Positions 17,934 through 26,278 of a stretch of DNA of 64,000 bases are shown in pieces; the stretch's first letter is position 1; every line of letters begins with the position of its first letter. The notes below the pieces were generated by a model. The model ran no database searches. It worked only from the letters and a program-made list of their open reading frames with translations, and had not been told where the DNA came from. Source of the DNA: Myxococcota bacterium (GTDB lineage Bacteria; Myxococcota_A; UBA796; GCA-2862545); assembly GCA_039208735.1 (NCBI GenBank), contig JBCCQY010000031.1, positions 9,511 through 73,510 on the forward strand, written 5' to 3'. Made by a program: the position numbers and the translations under genes.

Positions 17934-19363
17934 ATCGCATCGAGGCGGGCCTTGTCCCACTCGATTCGTCGACCGGGCGTCTCGTCGTGGGGGTCACGAC
18001 CCTAGGGTCGGCCGTGGCGATGTTGACGTCCACCGTCGTCAATGTCGCCCTGCCCACCCTGGCCACCGACCTCGGCGCCTCGACCGCCGAGCAGCAGTGG
18101 ATCATCAACAGCTACCTGCTCACGCTCGCCTCGCTGATCCTCATCGGAGGTTCCCTTGGCGACCGCTTCGGTCGCGTCCGCATCTACCGCCTGGGCGTCG
18201 CCATCTTCGCGTTCGCCTCGCTGCTCTGCGCATTGGCGCCCAACGTGACCGTCCTCATCCTCTGCCGGCTCATCCAGGGTGTGGGAGGGGCATTGCTTAC
18301 CCCAGGCAGCCTGGCGATCCTCGAAGGGACGCTGCGGCCGGCCGACAAGGGCCGTGGGGTAGGCCTGTGGTCTGGTCTTGGGGGGCTCGCCGGCGCCATT
18401 GGGCCGCTCCTCGGTGGCTTGCTCGTCGAGCTGTCGTGGCGCTGGGTGTTTGTCATCAACGTGCCCCTGGCCATCGTGGTGTGGTTCCTGGCCCGAAGAC
18501 TTCCCGAAAGCCGTGACGCCGACGCCTTGGCCCACCCCCTCGACATCCCGGGGGCGGTGCTCACGACCGTCGCCTTGGGCGGATCGACCTATGGCCTCAT
18601 CGAGGGCACGCGGGAGGGGTTCGCGACAATCGCCGCAGCCAGTCTCGTGCTGGCGCTCGGGGCCTTCATCGCCCTGCCGTTCGTAGAGTCCCGACAGAAA
18701 GGGGCGCTGCTGCCCATCGATTTGTTCGCGGACCGCGCCTTTCTCGGGGCGAACCTCGTCACGCTGTTGGTGTACGCGGGGCTTGGGGTCATCTTCCTGT
18801 TGCTGTCGGTTCAGCTGCAGGTGACCGCAGGGTGGAGCCCGTTGTTCGCAGGGGCCTCGATGCTCCCTGTGACGGTGATGTTGCTCCTGTTCTCTTCGTG
18901 GGCCGGGGGTCTCGCGCAGCGCATTGGGCCTCGTTGGCCGTTGACCATCGGACTGATCATCATGGCGGCGGGCATGATGCTCTTCGTCCGTGCCGATGCC
19001 GAAGCAACCTTCCTCGAGGATGTGTTTCCCGCCGCCGTCGTGTTCGGTGCGGGATTGGCGCTTTCGGTGGCTCCCGTCACCTCGGCCGCCCTCGCTGCCG
19101 CACCCGCATCCCGCGCGGGAGCCGCCTCGGGGGTCAACAACGCGATTGCGCGTGCCGGATCCTTGCTTGCAATCGCCGCCATTCCCCCTTTGGCAGGGCT
19201 TAGCGGCGACGCGATGAGCGACCCCGAAGCCATGGCCGCGGCCTTCCCCATCGCCATCACGGTCTCCGCCTCCTTGGTGGCCAGTGGAGCCCTCGTCGCC
19301 GCCTTGCTGCTGCCCTCACGGAATCGCCGGCGGACCTCCTCACCGCCCATCTCCCTCCGTTGA
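17930..19363 (+). CDS. MFS transporter, DHA2 (14-TM) family
   Basis: STVVNVALPTL, WIINSYLL, GGSLGDRFGR, GPLLGG...WRWVFVINVP. GTGA overlap. Confidence 0.92.
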   Translation: MNRIEAGLVPLDSSTGRLVVGVTTLGSAVAMLTSTVVNVALPTLATDLGASTAEQQWIINSYLLTLASLILIGGSLGDRFGRVRIYRLGVAIFAFASLLCALAPNVTVLILCRLIQGVGGALLTPGSLAILEGTLRPADKGRGVGLWSGLGGLAGAIGPLLGGLLVELSWRWVFVINVPLAIVVWFLARRLPESRDADALAHPLDIPGAVLTTVALGGSTYGLIEGTREGFATIAAASLVLALGAFIALPFVESRQKGALLPIDLFADRAFLGANLVTLLVYAGLGVIFLLLSVQLQVTAGWSPLFAGASMLPVTVMLLLFSSWAGGLAQRIGPRWPLTIGLIIMAAGMMLFVRADAEATFLEDVFPAAVVFGAGLALSVAPVTSAALAAAPASRAGAASGVNNAIARAGSLLAIAAIPPLAGLSGDAMSDPEAMAAAFPIAITVSASLVASGALVAALLLPSRNRRRTSSPPISLR

Positions 19364-19398
19364 AGGAGCCTGCGTTCTTCCCTCCTCTAGGCGAATAA

Positions 19399-19420
19399 GG
19401 TAAAGTGATTTCACTTCACC
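19399..19420. promoter_or_regulatory. palindromic operator GGT(A)AAGTGA-TT-TCACTT(C)ACC upstream of phyH-tetR
   Basis: AT-rich inverted repeat directly before the AGGAGG RBS of an operon encoding a TetR. Confidence 0.6.
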
Positions 19421-19430
19421 AGGAGGGTTC

Positions 19431-20279
19431 ATGGACGTCCCAGATCTGACGCGGTGGCTCATGGGCCGCTCGTTCGCGGCATGGCGCCAGGACTTCGACG
19501 AGCAGGGCTACATCGTGCTTCCCGATGTGCTGACGCCCGATGAGATCCAGGCGTTGCGCACCGCCTTGGCGCCCTGGCTGGAGCGCGATCGAAAGGGCCG
19601 CAACCACTTCGAGGGCCACGCCACCAACCGGGTGTACGGCATGCTCGCAAAGTCCCCGTTGTTTGCAGACCTTGTGACCCATCCATTGGCGCTGGCCTTT
19701 GCGGAGGCTGATTTGGGGGAGAGTTGCCTGCTCTCGGCGTGCTTGGCGATCAATCTGCACCCTGGGGAGACGGTTCAACCCTGGCATCATGACGATGCCC
19801 ATCTCACCTTGCCGCGACCCAGACCCTCCTGTGGAGTCAGTACGTTTTGGGCGATCGACGCCACCACGGCCGAGAATGGAGCCACCCAAGTGATTGCGGG
19901 AAGCCATCGGTGGGGGCCCGAAGGGCCAGGCGACGGTCTTCGCCACGCCTTTGGCGACCCGACGGCCTCTCCCGACCCCGAACATCATCCCGATGCGGTG
20001 TCGGTCGCCCTTTCTGCCGGGTCGTTGATGGTCGCAAAAGGCACGTTGTGGCACCGCGGAGGCGCCAACCAGACCGACCAACCGCGTCTGGTCATTACGC
20101 CGCAGTATTGCCCCGGTTGGATGCGTCCGCTCGAAAGCATGATGGCCGTCGTGCCTCGAGAAACCGCGGCTCACCTGTCGAAACGGGCTCAAGAGCTCAT
20201 CGGCTATTCGATCCATCCGCCGTTCATGGGCTACGCGGACGGCATCCACCCAGGGAAGTTGCTACCTTCGGTGCCGTGA
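19431..20279 (+). CDS. phytanoyl-CoA dioxygenase (PhyH) family 2OG-Fe(II) oxygenase
   Basis: FDEQGYIVLPDVL, QPWHHDD (HxD), ENGATQVIAGSH, LWHRGGAN, R..ITPQY. Confidence 0.9.
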   Translation: MDVPDLTRWLMGRSFAAWRQDFDEQGYIVLPDVLTPDEIQALRTALAPWLERDRKGRNHFEGHATNRVYGMLAKSPLFADLVTHPLALAFAEADLGESCLLSACLAINLHPGETVQPWHHDDAHLTLPRPRPSCGVSTFWAIDATTAENGATQVIAGSHRWGPEGPGDGLRHAFGDPTASPDPEHHPDAVSVALSAGSLMVAKGTLWHRGGANQTDQPRLVITPQYCPGWMRPLESMMAVVPRETAAHLSKRAQELIGYSIHPPFMGYADGIHPGKLLPSVP

Positions 20280-20872
20280 CCCCACCCCGCCGCACTCCGA
20301 AGGGCGAAGCCACTCGCCAACGCCTGCTCAACGCCGCAGGCGCCGAACTGGTAGCCAACGATGGTGTCGTCGAGATCGCGGCGGTCGCCCAACGGGCCGG
20401 CGTGTCGCCCAGTCTGCTCTACAAGTACTTCGCGGGAAAGGGCGAACTGGTGGCCGCCGTCGTCGAGTCGGTGTTTGAGCGTTTCGACGAAACGGTGATG
20501 CGCCCCGAGCTTCGTGAGGTTGGACTGACCTGGATCGTTCGGGAACGCGAGCGGGTACGACGCTTCGTCACCTTCTTCTACGACGACCCGTTGGCGCTGA
20601 CGGTCGTGCGGCTGATGGTTGGCGAACCGGAAGCCGCTCAGGCGCGTCAGAGCCGCATGGCCTGGCAAACCCTGGCTGCAGCCCAAAACATCCGGCGCGG
20701 CCAGGCCGCCGGAGATCTACCCATCGACGTCGACGCTGACGTCACCGCTGCCTTTCTGATGGGGGGCCTGTTTGAGTCCTTGTCTGTCGCCCTCACCGCC
20801 GATCCAGTCTGGGAACGACAACGCGTCACCGCAAGGCTTCAGGGGCTCTTGGCGGCGGTGGTCGCTACCTGA
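20276..20872 (+). CDS. TetR/AcrR family transcriptional regulator
   Basis: HTH: IAAVAQRAGVSPSLLYKYFAGKGEL. GTGA overlap with phyH. Confidence 0.9.
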   Translation: MTPPRRTPKGEATRQRLLNAAGAELVANDGVVEIAAVAQRAGVSPSLLYKYFAGKGELVAAVVESVFERFDETVMRPELREVGLTWIVRERERVRRFVTFFYDDPLALTVVRLMVGEPEAAQARQSRMAWQTLAAAQNIRRGQAAGDLPIDVDADVTAAFLMGGLFESLSVALTADPVWERQRVTARLQGLLAAVVAT

Positions 20873-22769
20873 AGAAGGCCAAGCACTTGCGCCGATCCTC
20901 GCCCGAAAGCTCGGGGCAAACGGTGCCAAGGATACGCAAGCCGGGGCCTCGCCATCCCGCCAGCACCATCGCACTGCCCGCATACGCTCGAACGCCTGCG
21001 GGAAGTACCGGGACCCGCCGGACGACCGCTTCGACCTCAGACCAACGCCCCAGCTTGACGAGCGCCGAGACCTTCAACGTGGCGACCTCAACCTCAAGAT
21101 TTGGATCGGGCCTCGCTTTCGCCAGGATCGACACGGCCAGGCGATGGGCTCCTTCGTCGATCGCGTGCGCAGCAATGCGGACCGCGGGCGCAGCGGGCAC
21201 TTCACTGAGATGAGGGATCGCGAGCGCCGCTACGTCGAGGTCCTGGGGGACGGCCGCACACTCGAAAGCCGCTTTGGCGTGGCCCATCCGATCCGCCACC
21301 TCACCCGCGGTCAGGCGAAGGGCGAACACCTCGGCACAGCCTGTGTCGTGGCCACTGGCCAGTCGTCGCGCGGCTTCGTGGAGGCGGTATTGCCAGCTCG
21401 GTTCCGAGGCGACCGCGTCCGGGACTCCGCGAACCTGGGCGATCCACTCTCGCAATGGCGTAAGGCCCAGCTCCGCCCCTGGGGTTGGCCTCATGTCGTC
21501 CAACATCGGGTCGATGGCCCGCATCAAGTCGGCCGGGCCAAGATCGGGTCCAGACGCCATGAGCACGAACAGGCGATGCTTGGTGGCCACCCACGCTTCG
21601 GCATACGCGCCATCGCCCGTTGTTTTGGCCTGAACTCGTAGTGCATCGACGACCCGCGGATCCCGAAGCGCGGAGGTCAGCACCTTGGCTTTGGGGCTCT
21701 TTACCAGGGCCCCGGTTGCTTCCCCGTAGACCATCCAAGGTCGTTCGGGCACGCTTCGCGCAAGCTCAACGGAACGCCGTCGTCCCTCGACGATCTCGGC
21801 CGCCAGGCCTCGCTGATCCAAGAGGAAGGCCATGACCAGGACATCAGAGGCGCCGTCCCGAGCTTCGAGGGCGAACCCGCCCCGGGCCCGAGGCATCGCG
21901 TCAAGTCCCCATCGCCCGGCGAAGAAGGGCGTGAGGATCGACGTTGGCGAGACGGGGCCGACGTGATCGACCTCCACGCCCTCGAGTCCAAGGGCCGCGA
22001 CGGCCTGGTACATCGGGTCGGGGACACGCCAATCGGGCGCCAGCGTCGGCTGCACCGCATCGACGATGGCTGACCAAGCCGGAGCGGGGGCGTACATGGC
22101 CGGCCAAAGCATGCCCTCCGCATCCAGCGTCTCGGCCAATCGACGCCCCCATCCGTAGACCGCCGCCTCGTCGTCGGGCGACAAACTGGCCTCGAGTTCG
22201 ATGTTCTGAACGGTTTCCATGAGCCGAACGACGGCGTCGCCGTGCACCACCGCGCAGTACTCGTTGGCAAGCCAGGACGCATGGCCCTCGCGCAACGCTT
22301 GCTGCCCGAGTTGGGTCTCGGGCGTCTTCGCGACTTCGACGCCGTATTGGTGTTGGAGGGCGTGAACCATCTCGTGGAGCAGCACGCATTGCAGCAGCGG
22401 CTCGAGCGTCCTCGGTTCGAGTTCGAAGTCCTCGCGAAGCTCGTCGAATGCCTCCGTCACGAGATAGATGAACTCGTTGTGGGGCACGTACACCGCAAGG
22501 GCGCCGGCGAGCAGGTGCTCCACGAAGCGCCGGGTCTCGGGGCTCGGCGTATAACGGTCCCCCTCCAGCGCCACCGCGAGCGCCGGGGGCCGCAACAGCC
22601 GTTGGCGCAATCGATCGCGCGTGGTCAGCGCCGCGCGGGGAGGCCGCACGAACGTGCGCTCGGCCCGTGCTTCCACCACGGGCACCAAGTCATCGACCAA
22701 CGCCTGTGCACGTTCATCATCGACGGGTTCAGCGCATGCCCCCACCGTCATCGCCAGCGTGACCCACAT
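20865..22769 (-). CDS. lipoprotein, putative zinc metallopeptidase (HExxH...E) with C-terminal helical repeats
   Basis: MWVTLAMTVGAC lipobox; LLHEMVHALQHQ followed by ALREGHA (gluzincin-like third ligand). Confidence 0.7.
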   Translation of the reverse strand: MWVTLAMTVGACAEPVDDERAQALVDDLVPVVEARAERTFVRPPRAALTTRDRLRQRLLRPPALAVALEGDRYTPSPETRRFVEHLLAGALAVYVPHNEFIYLVTEAFDELREDFELEPRTLEPLLQCVLLHEMVHALQHQYGVEVAKTPETQLGQQALREGHASWLANEYCAVVHGDAVVRLMETVQNIELEASLSPDDEAAVYGWGRRLAETLDAEGMLWPAMYAPAPAWSAIVDAVQPTLAPDWRVPDPMYQAVAALGLEGVEVDHVGPVSPTSILTPFFAGRWGLDAMPRARGGFALEARDGASDVLVMAFLLDQRGLAAEIVEGRRRSVELARSVPERPWMVYGEATGALVKSPKAKVLTSALRDPRVVDALRVQAKTTGDGAYAEAWVATKHRLFVLMASGPDLGPADLMRAIDPMLDDMRPTPGAELGLTPLREWIAQVRGVPDAVASEPSWQYRLHEAARRLASGHDTGCAEVFALRLTAGEVADRMGHAKAAFECAAVPQDLDVAALAIPHLSEVPAAPAVRIAAHAIDEGAHRLAVSILAKARPDPNLEVEVATLKVSALVKLGRWSEVEAVVRRVPVLPAGVRAYAGSAMVLAGWRGPGLRILGTVCPELSGEDRRKCLAFFR

Positions 22770-22938
22770 CAGATTGCTCTCCGAGCGGTCCTTGTCTCGT
22801 ATCTAGAATCTCCCGATGAAACACGAAAACACCCCGATCGATAGGGATCGAAAGCCATGAAAGCGTGTTTCCTCGCGCGCTGGGCGAGTACGAGCCGAGC
22901 GTGTACGGTGGAGGCCCTGTCCGCCCCCGGAGGCCTTC

Positions 22939-24414
22939 GTGTCGGATCATCCCTCCCCCCAGCCCGGCGACAGCGTCGCCATCGTTGGCGCAGGCCCCGC
23001 TGGGCTGCATCTGGCGCGGAGACTGCTCGAGAAGGGCATTGGGGTTCATGTGTTGGAGGCCACCGACACGGTGGGTGGTCGAACCCGGACCGTCGACGTG
23101 GGAGGAGTTCTGCAAGAACTGGGCGCGGTCTACGTCACGCCTCAGTACACGCTGCTGCATGAACTGATGGCAGACGTGGGGCTGTCACCCGACAATCAGC
23201 TGCTGCCGCCCGGCGATGACCGCCGAAGCGCCCGCCAGGTCTTCGTCGACCAAGATGGCCTGGACAAACCCGAGTCGGTCACGCTGACCAAGCACCTTTT
23301 GGGGGCTGTCGAGGCGCAAACGTTGACGGAGGCTCTCGCACCGCACGGCGTCGACGAGGACTTCATCGATCGCCTCGCCGCGGTGCTTCCCGACTCCCTT
23401 CAGGTCGGGACCATCGCGGGCGACATCTTTCGGTACCGGACGCTCCACCGCGAGCTATTCGGCGCCTACACCGGCCGGCGGCCCCCCAAACCCAGCGCGG
23501 CCGTCTTGCGGGACCTCGACACCAGCTTCGGGGAGTTCCTCACCAAGCGCGGACTCGGCGCGTTGCTCAACCTCATGACGTTTTCGACCACCGTCCAAGG
23601 GTACGGGCAGCCCGATGAGCTGTCCGCCTTTTACGGACTGTGGTGGAATTCACCCCCGTTCCTCAATGACTACCTCAAGAGCATTCTGGGCCTCGGTGAG
23701 CCCATCGTGCAGCTCATTCGAGCCGGGTACCAAACGGTGTGGAATCGCGTGGCCGAAGCGTTGCCGGACGGGGCCGTGCGCACCGGATTCCGTGTGAAGC
23801 AAATCCAGCGTGGCCACCGTGTGCGCATCGAAAGCGAACCGGGCGAACGCCTCGAGGTGGACTTCTTGGTTTGGACCCCGCCCCTGTCGGACCTCCTCGA
23901 GGTGGTCGAGACGACCACCGACCGAGAACGATCGATGTTCGCATCGATGGAGAGTGCAACGGTGGTGGCCACGCTGTTCGAGGCCAACTCCACACAAATC
24001 ACTGCACCCATTGCCTACTGGCTCACCGACCCGCATCGGATCCGAACCGACGGCCGGCTGTTCAGCGTCCGCAATTCCCCAGCTGCGTTGGGACTCATTC
24101 CTGTTGGCCCCCGACAGACATTCGTGGCGTACCAATACCGCCCTGACTGGGCCATAGGGCGTGAGGCAACACTCAAGGAGCAGCTCCTTCGTGACCTCGA
24201 GCCGTGGTTCGACGACGTCGCGCTACGCGACCAACGCGTGTGGCGCTATGCCATGCGATTCAATCGCGCGGGCATTCAGCAAGGATATCCTTGGCAGCTC
24301 GACGACATGCAAGGTGCCAAGCGGACTTGGTACGCTGGAGCGAGCGCGTGCTTTGACTCGGTGCACGACGTGATGGTGCACAACACGCGTCTGCTCGATC
24401 GGGTCGGGGTGTAG
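22939..24414 (+). CDS. FAD-dependent oxidoreductase, polyunsaturated fatty acid isomerase (PAI)-like
   Basis: VAIVGAGPAG, VGGR, ELGA, GYG...AFY, W.Y..RF, MQGAKRTWYAG...F are colinear with Cutibacterium acnes linoleate isomerase as I recall it. Confidence 0.75.
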   Translation: MSDHPSPQPGDSVAIVGAGPAGLHLARRLLEKGIGVHVLEATDTVGGRTRTVDVGGVLQELGAVYVTPQYTLLHELMADVGLSPDNQLLPPGDDRRSARQVFVDQDGLDKPESVTLTKHLLGAVEAQTLTEALAPHGVDEDFIDRLAAVLPDSLQVGTIAGDIFRYRTLHRELFGAYTGRRPPKPSAAVLRDLDTSFGEFLTKRGLGALLNLMTFSTTVQGYGQPDELSAFYGLWWNSPPFLNDYLKSILGLGEPIVQLIRAGYQTVWNRVAEALPDGAVRTGFRVKQIQRGHRVRIESEPGERLEVDFLVWTPPLSDLLEVVETTTDRERSMFASMESATVVATLFEANSTQITAPIAYWLTDPHRIRTDGRLFSVRNSPAALGLIPVGPRQTFVAYQYRPDWAIGREATLKEQLLRDLEPWFDDVALRDQRVWRYAMRFNRAGIQQGYPWQLDDMQGAKRTWYAGASACFDSVHDVMVHNTRLLDRVGV

Positions 24415-25263
24415 TCAGCCGCCCTGCCGCGACCAGGACAGCCCCAGGCCCGCGCCCAACCCTTGCGACGCGTTCTGGGCGACGAGTTCGTAGGCCAGCC
24501 GCGGTTCGAGCGAGACCCCACCGCCAAGATCGATGAGCCCGCTCACATTTCCGACCAAGAACCGACGCGTGAAGTTGTCCGCCCGAAACGCCAGTTGCGT
24601 CTCGAGACTCGCTACGCCCAAAACCCGACCAAAATCGTGGCCGATCTTGGCGATGCCCCGAACGCCATCGACGTATCGAATGTCGGTGTTCCACCCAACA
24701 AACCAGTCGGTCCGCCAAAGGTAGCCCGCGCCGCCTTCCACGAAGGTCTTGGCTCCGAGGCTCGCCCCGGCAAAGCCAAAGACCGTGACGTCAACATTGC
24801 CATCGCCCGGCTTGGGAAAGATCTCCTGGAAGTTGATGCGTTCAGCCCCCACCAGGCCGTTGCGGTACATTGGAACCTTGACCTCGACCGCAACGGCGAG
24901 CGGTTTGTCGCGGGTAACCGAGGTTTGCAACGCAAGGCGCAGATCGCCGAGCCTTGCGGTGGTGGCCCGCACCGGCAGCGCCCCAAACGCGTCAAAGACC
25001 TCAGTATTGTGGATGCCTACGATCGCCGGAGCAATGATGGTGGCCTGCACCGGGTGGCGCTTCGTCAGTCCGAACTCGGCATAAAGACCGTGTTGATGAG
25101 CGAAGTAGCTCCCCGTCGAGTCTTGGGCCTCTCCAGGGGCCCGGAACTGGAGCGCCTGGTACACGTCTGACCCCGCCTTGACATAGACGTCGCCTTGGCG
25201 CTTGGTCCAGCCTCCGGCCAGCGCGAGCGAAGGTAGGCAGAACAGCGAAAGGAGCATCGTCAC
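24415..25263 (-). CDS. secreted outer-membrane beta-barrel protein
   Basis: Signal ending SLALA|GGWT; alternating beta strands; C-terminal GLGAGLGLSW. GTGA overlap with the upstream molybdoenzyme gene. Confidence 0.65.
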   Translation of the reverse strand: MTMLLSLFCLPSLALAGGWTKRQGDVYVKAGSDVYQALQFRAPGEAQDSTGSYFAHQHGLYAEFGLTKRHPVQATIIAPAIVGIHNTEVFDAFGALPVRATTARLGDLRLALQTSVTRDKPLAVAVEVKVPMYRNGLVGAERINFQEIFPKPGDGNVDVTVFGFAGASLGAKTFVEGGAGYLWRTDWFVGWNTDIRYVDGVRGIAKIGHDFGRVLGVASLETQLAFRADNFTRRFLVGNVSGLIDLGGGVSLEPRLAYELVAQNASQGLGAGLGLSWSRQGG

Positions 25264-26225
25264 ACCGTGATCCGAATCTGCATGGACCCGTCGTACCCAC
25301 GGAAGACATCCTCTCCCAACGGGTTCGGCGAGGTCTCCCGTCCGCTTTTCGTCATGGCCCGGACCTGGATGTCATGCTCACCAGGTTCAGCCTCCCAAAA
25401 CCACGACCAGATGGCCCAGACATTCGGCCCTGCGGCGTAGTCGATCTGCGCCGGCGCCCAAGGTCCCCCATCGACCGATGCCTCGATCGAAACCACGGGA
25501 TCATCTCCCGAAAATGCAGCGCCCACAAAAGCAATGCGTTCTCCAGGCATCAGCCTCTCGCCGTCCAGCGGCATCACGACCAACGTGTTGGGCTGGTTGA
25601 ACGCCTCTTCGTCCCAGCCAAGCGGCGTCCAGAACGACTCGTGCGGCGTGGTCACATACGCGATCTCGCGCACCCACTTGATCCACTTCACGCCGTAGCG
25701 GCCCGGAGCCAACATGCGGGCCGGCGCACCGTGATCGAAGGGCAGCGGTTCGCCGTTCATGCGCCACGCAAGCCACAACGGAGCCTCGATGGGTACCCCT
25801 GCGTCGTAGTCGTCCATGCCCACCAGGCGAAGCCCTACCGCGGCTTCAGGGACGGCCACGCCGAGCTGTTCGACCACCTCGCGAAGGGGCAATCCCCCCC
25901 ACACCGCGTTGCCAATTCGCACCACCGACGGTGAATGCCCAATGCATTGCAAGGTCAGCTCAACGTCGCGCGGCGTGAGCGTGGCCAGATCCGCGGGCGT
26001 GATCTCCCTCAACACCTCGTCGTCGAGACGAAGGGTCATCGCGTGGGCCTCGGGATCGAAGCTTGGCGGCTCCCTTACTTGGTAGACGTAGAACTGGCCG
26101 ATAGGTGTGATCGGCGTGAGGACGCCTCCTTCGACCCGGTCAAGGAGGACGAGACGGTCACACCCGGCCAAAGGCCAGGCGGCCGCGCTCACACCCAATG
26201 CTTGCAGAAGCTGACGACGTTTCAT
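25260..26225 (-). CDS. molybdopterin-dependent oxidoreductase, sulfite oxidase family (Tat lipoprotein)
   Basis: MKRRQLL...LAGC; TLQCIG (Mo-ligand Cys); GNAVWGG; MNGEPLPFDHGAPARMLAPGRYGVKWIKW; C-terminal Ig-like dimerisation domain. Confidence 0.9.
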   Translation of the reverse strand: MKRRQLLQALGVSAAAWPLAGCDRLVLLDRVEGGVLTPITPIGQFYVYQVREPPSFDPEAHAMTLRLDDEVLREITPADLATLTPRDVELTLQCIGHSPSVVRIGNAVWGGLPLREVVEQLGVAVPEAAVGLRLVGMDDYDAGVPIEAPLWLAWRMNGEPLPFDHGAPARMLAPGRYGVKWIKWVREIAYVTTPHESFWTPLGWDEEAFNQPNTLVVMPLDGERLMPGERIAFVGAAFSGDDPVVSIEASVDGGPWAPAQIDYAAGPNVWAIWSWFWEAEPGEHDIQVRAMTKSGRETSPNPLGEDVFRGYDGSMQIRITV

Positions 26226-26278
26226 GGCCCTAGGGAGTCCATCGATCGGCAGCAGGATTGTCGCGAGATGTCAGGACC

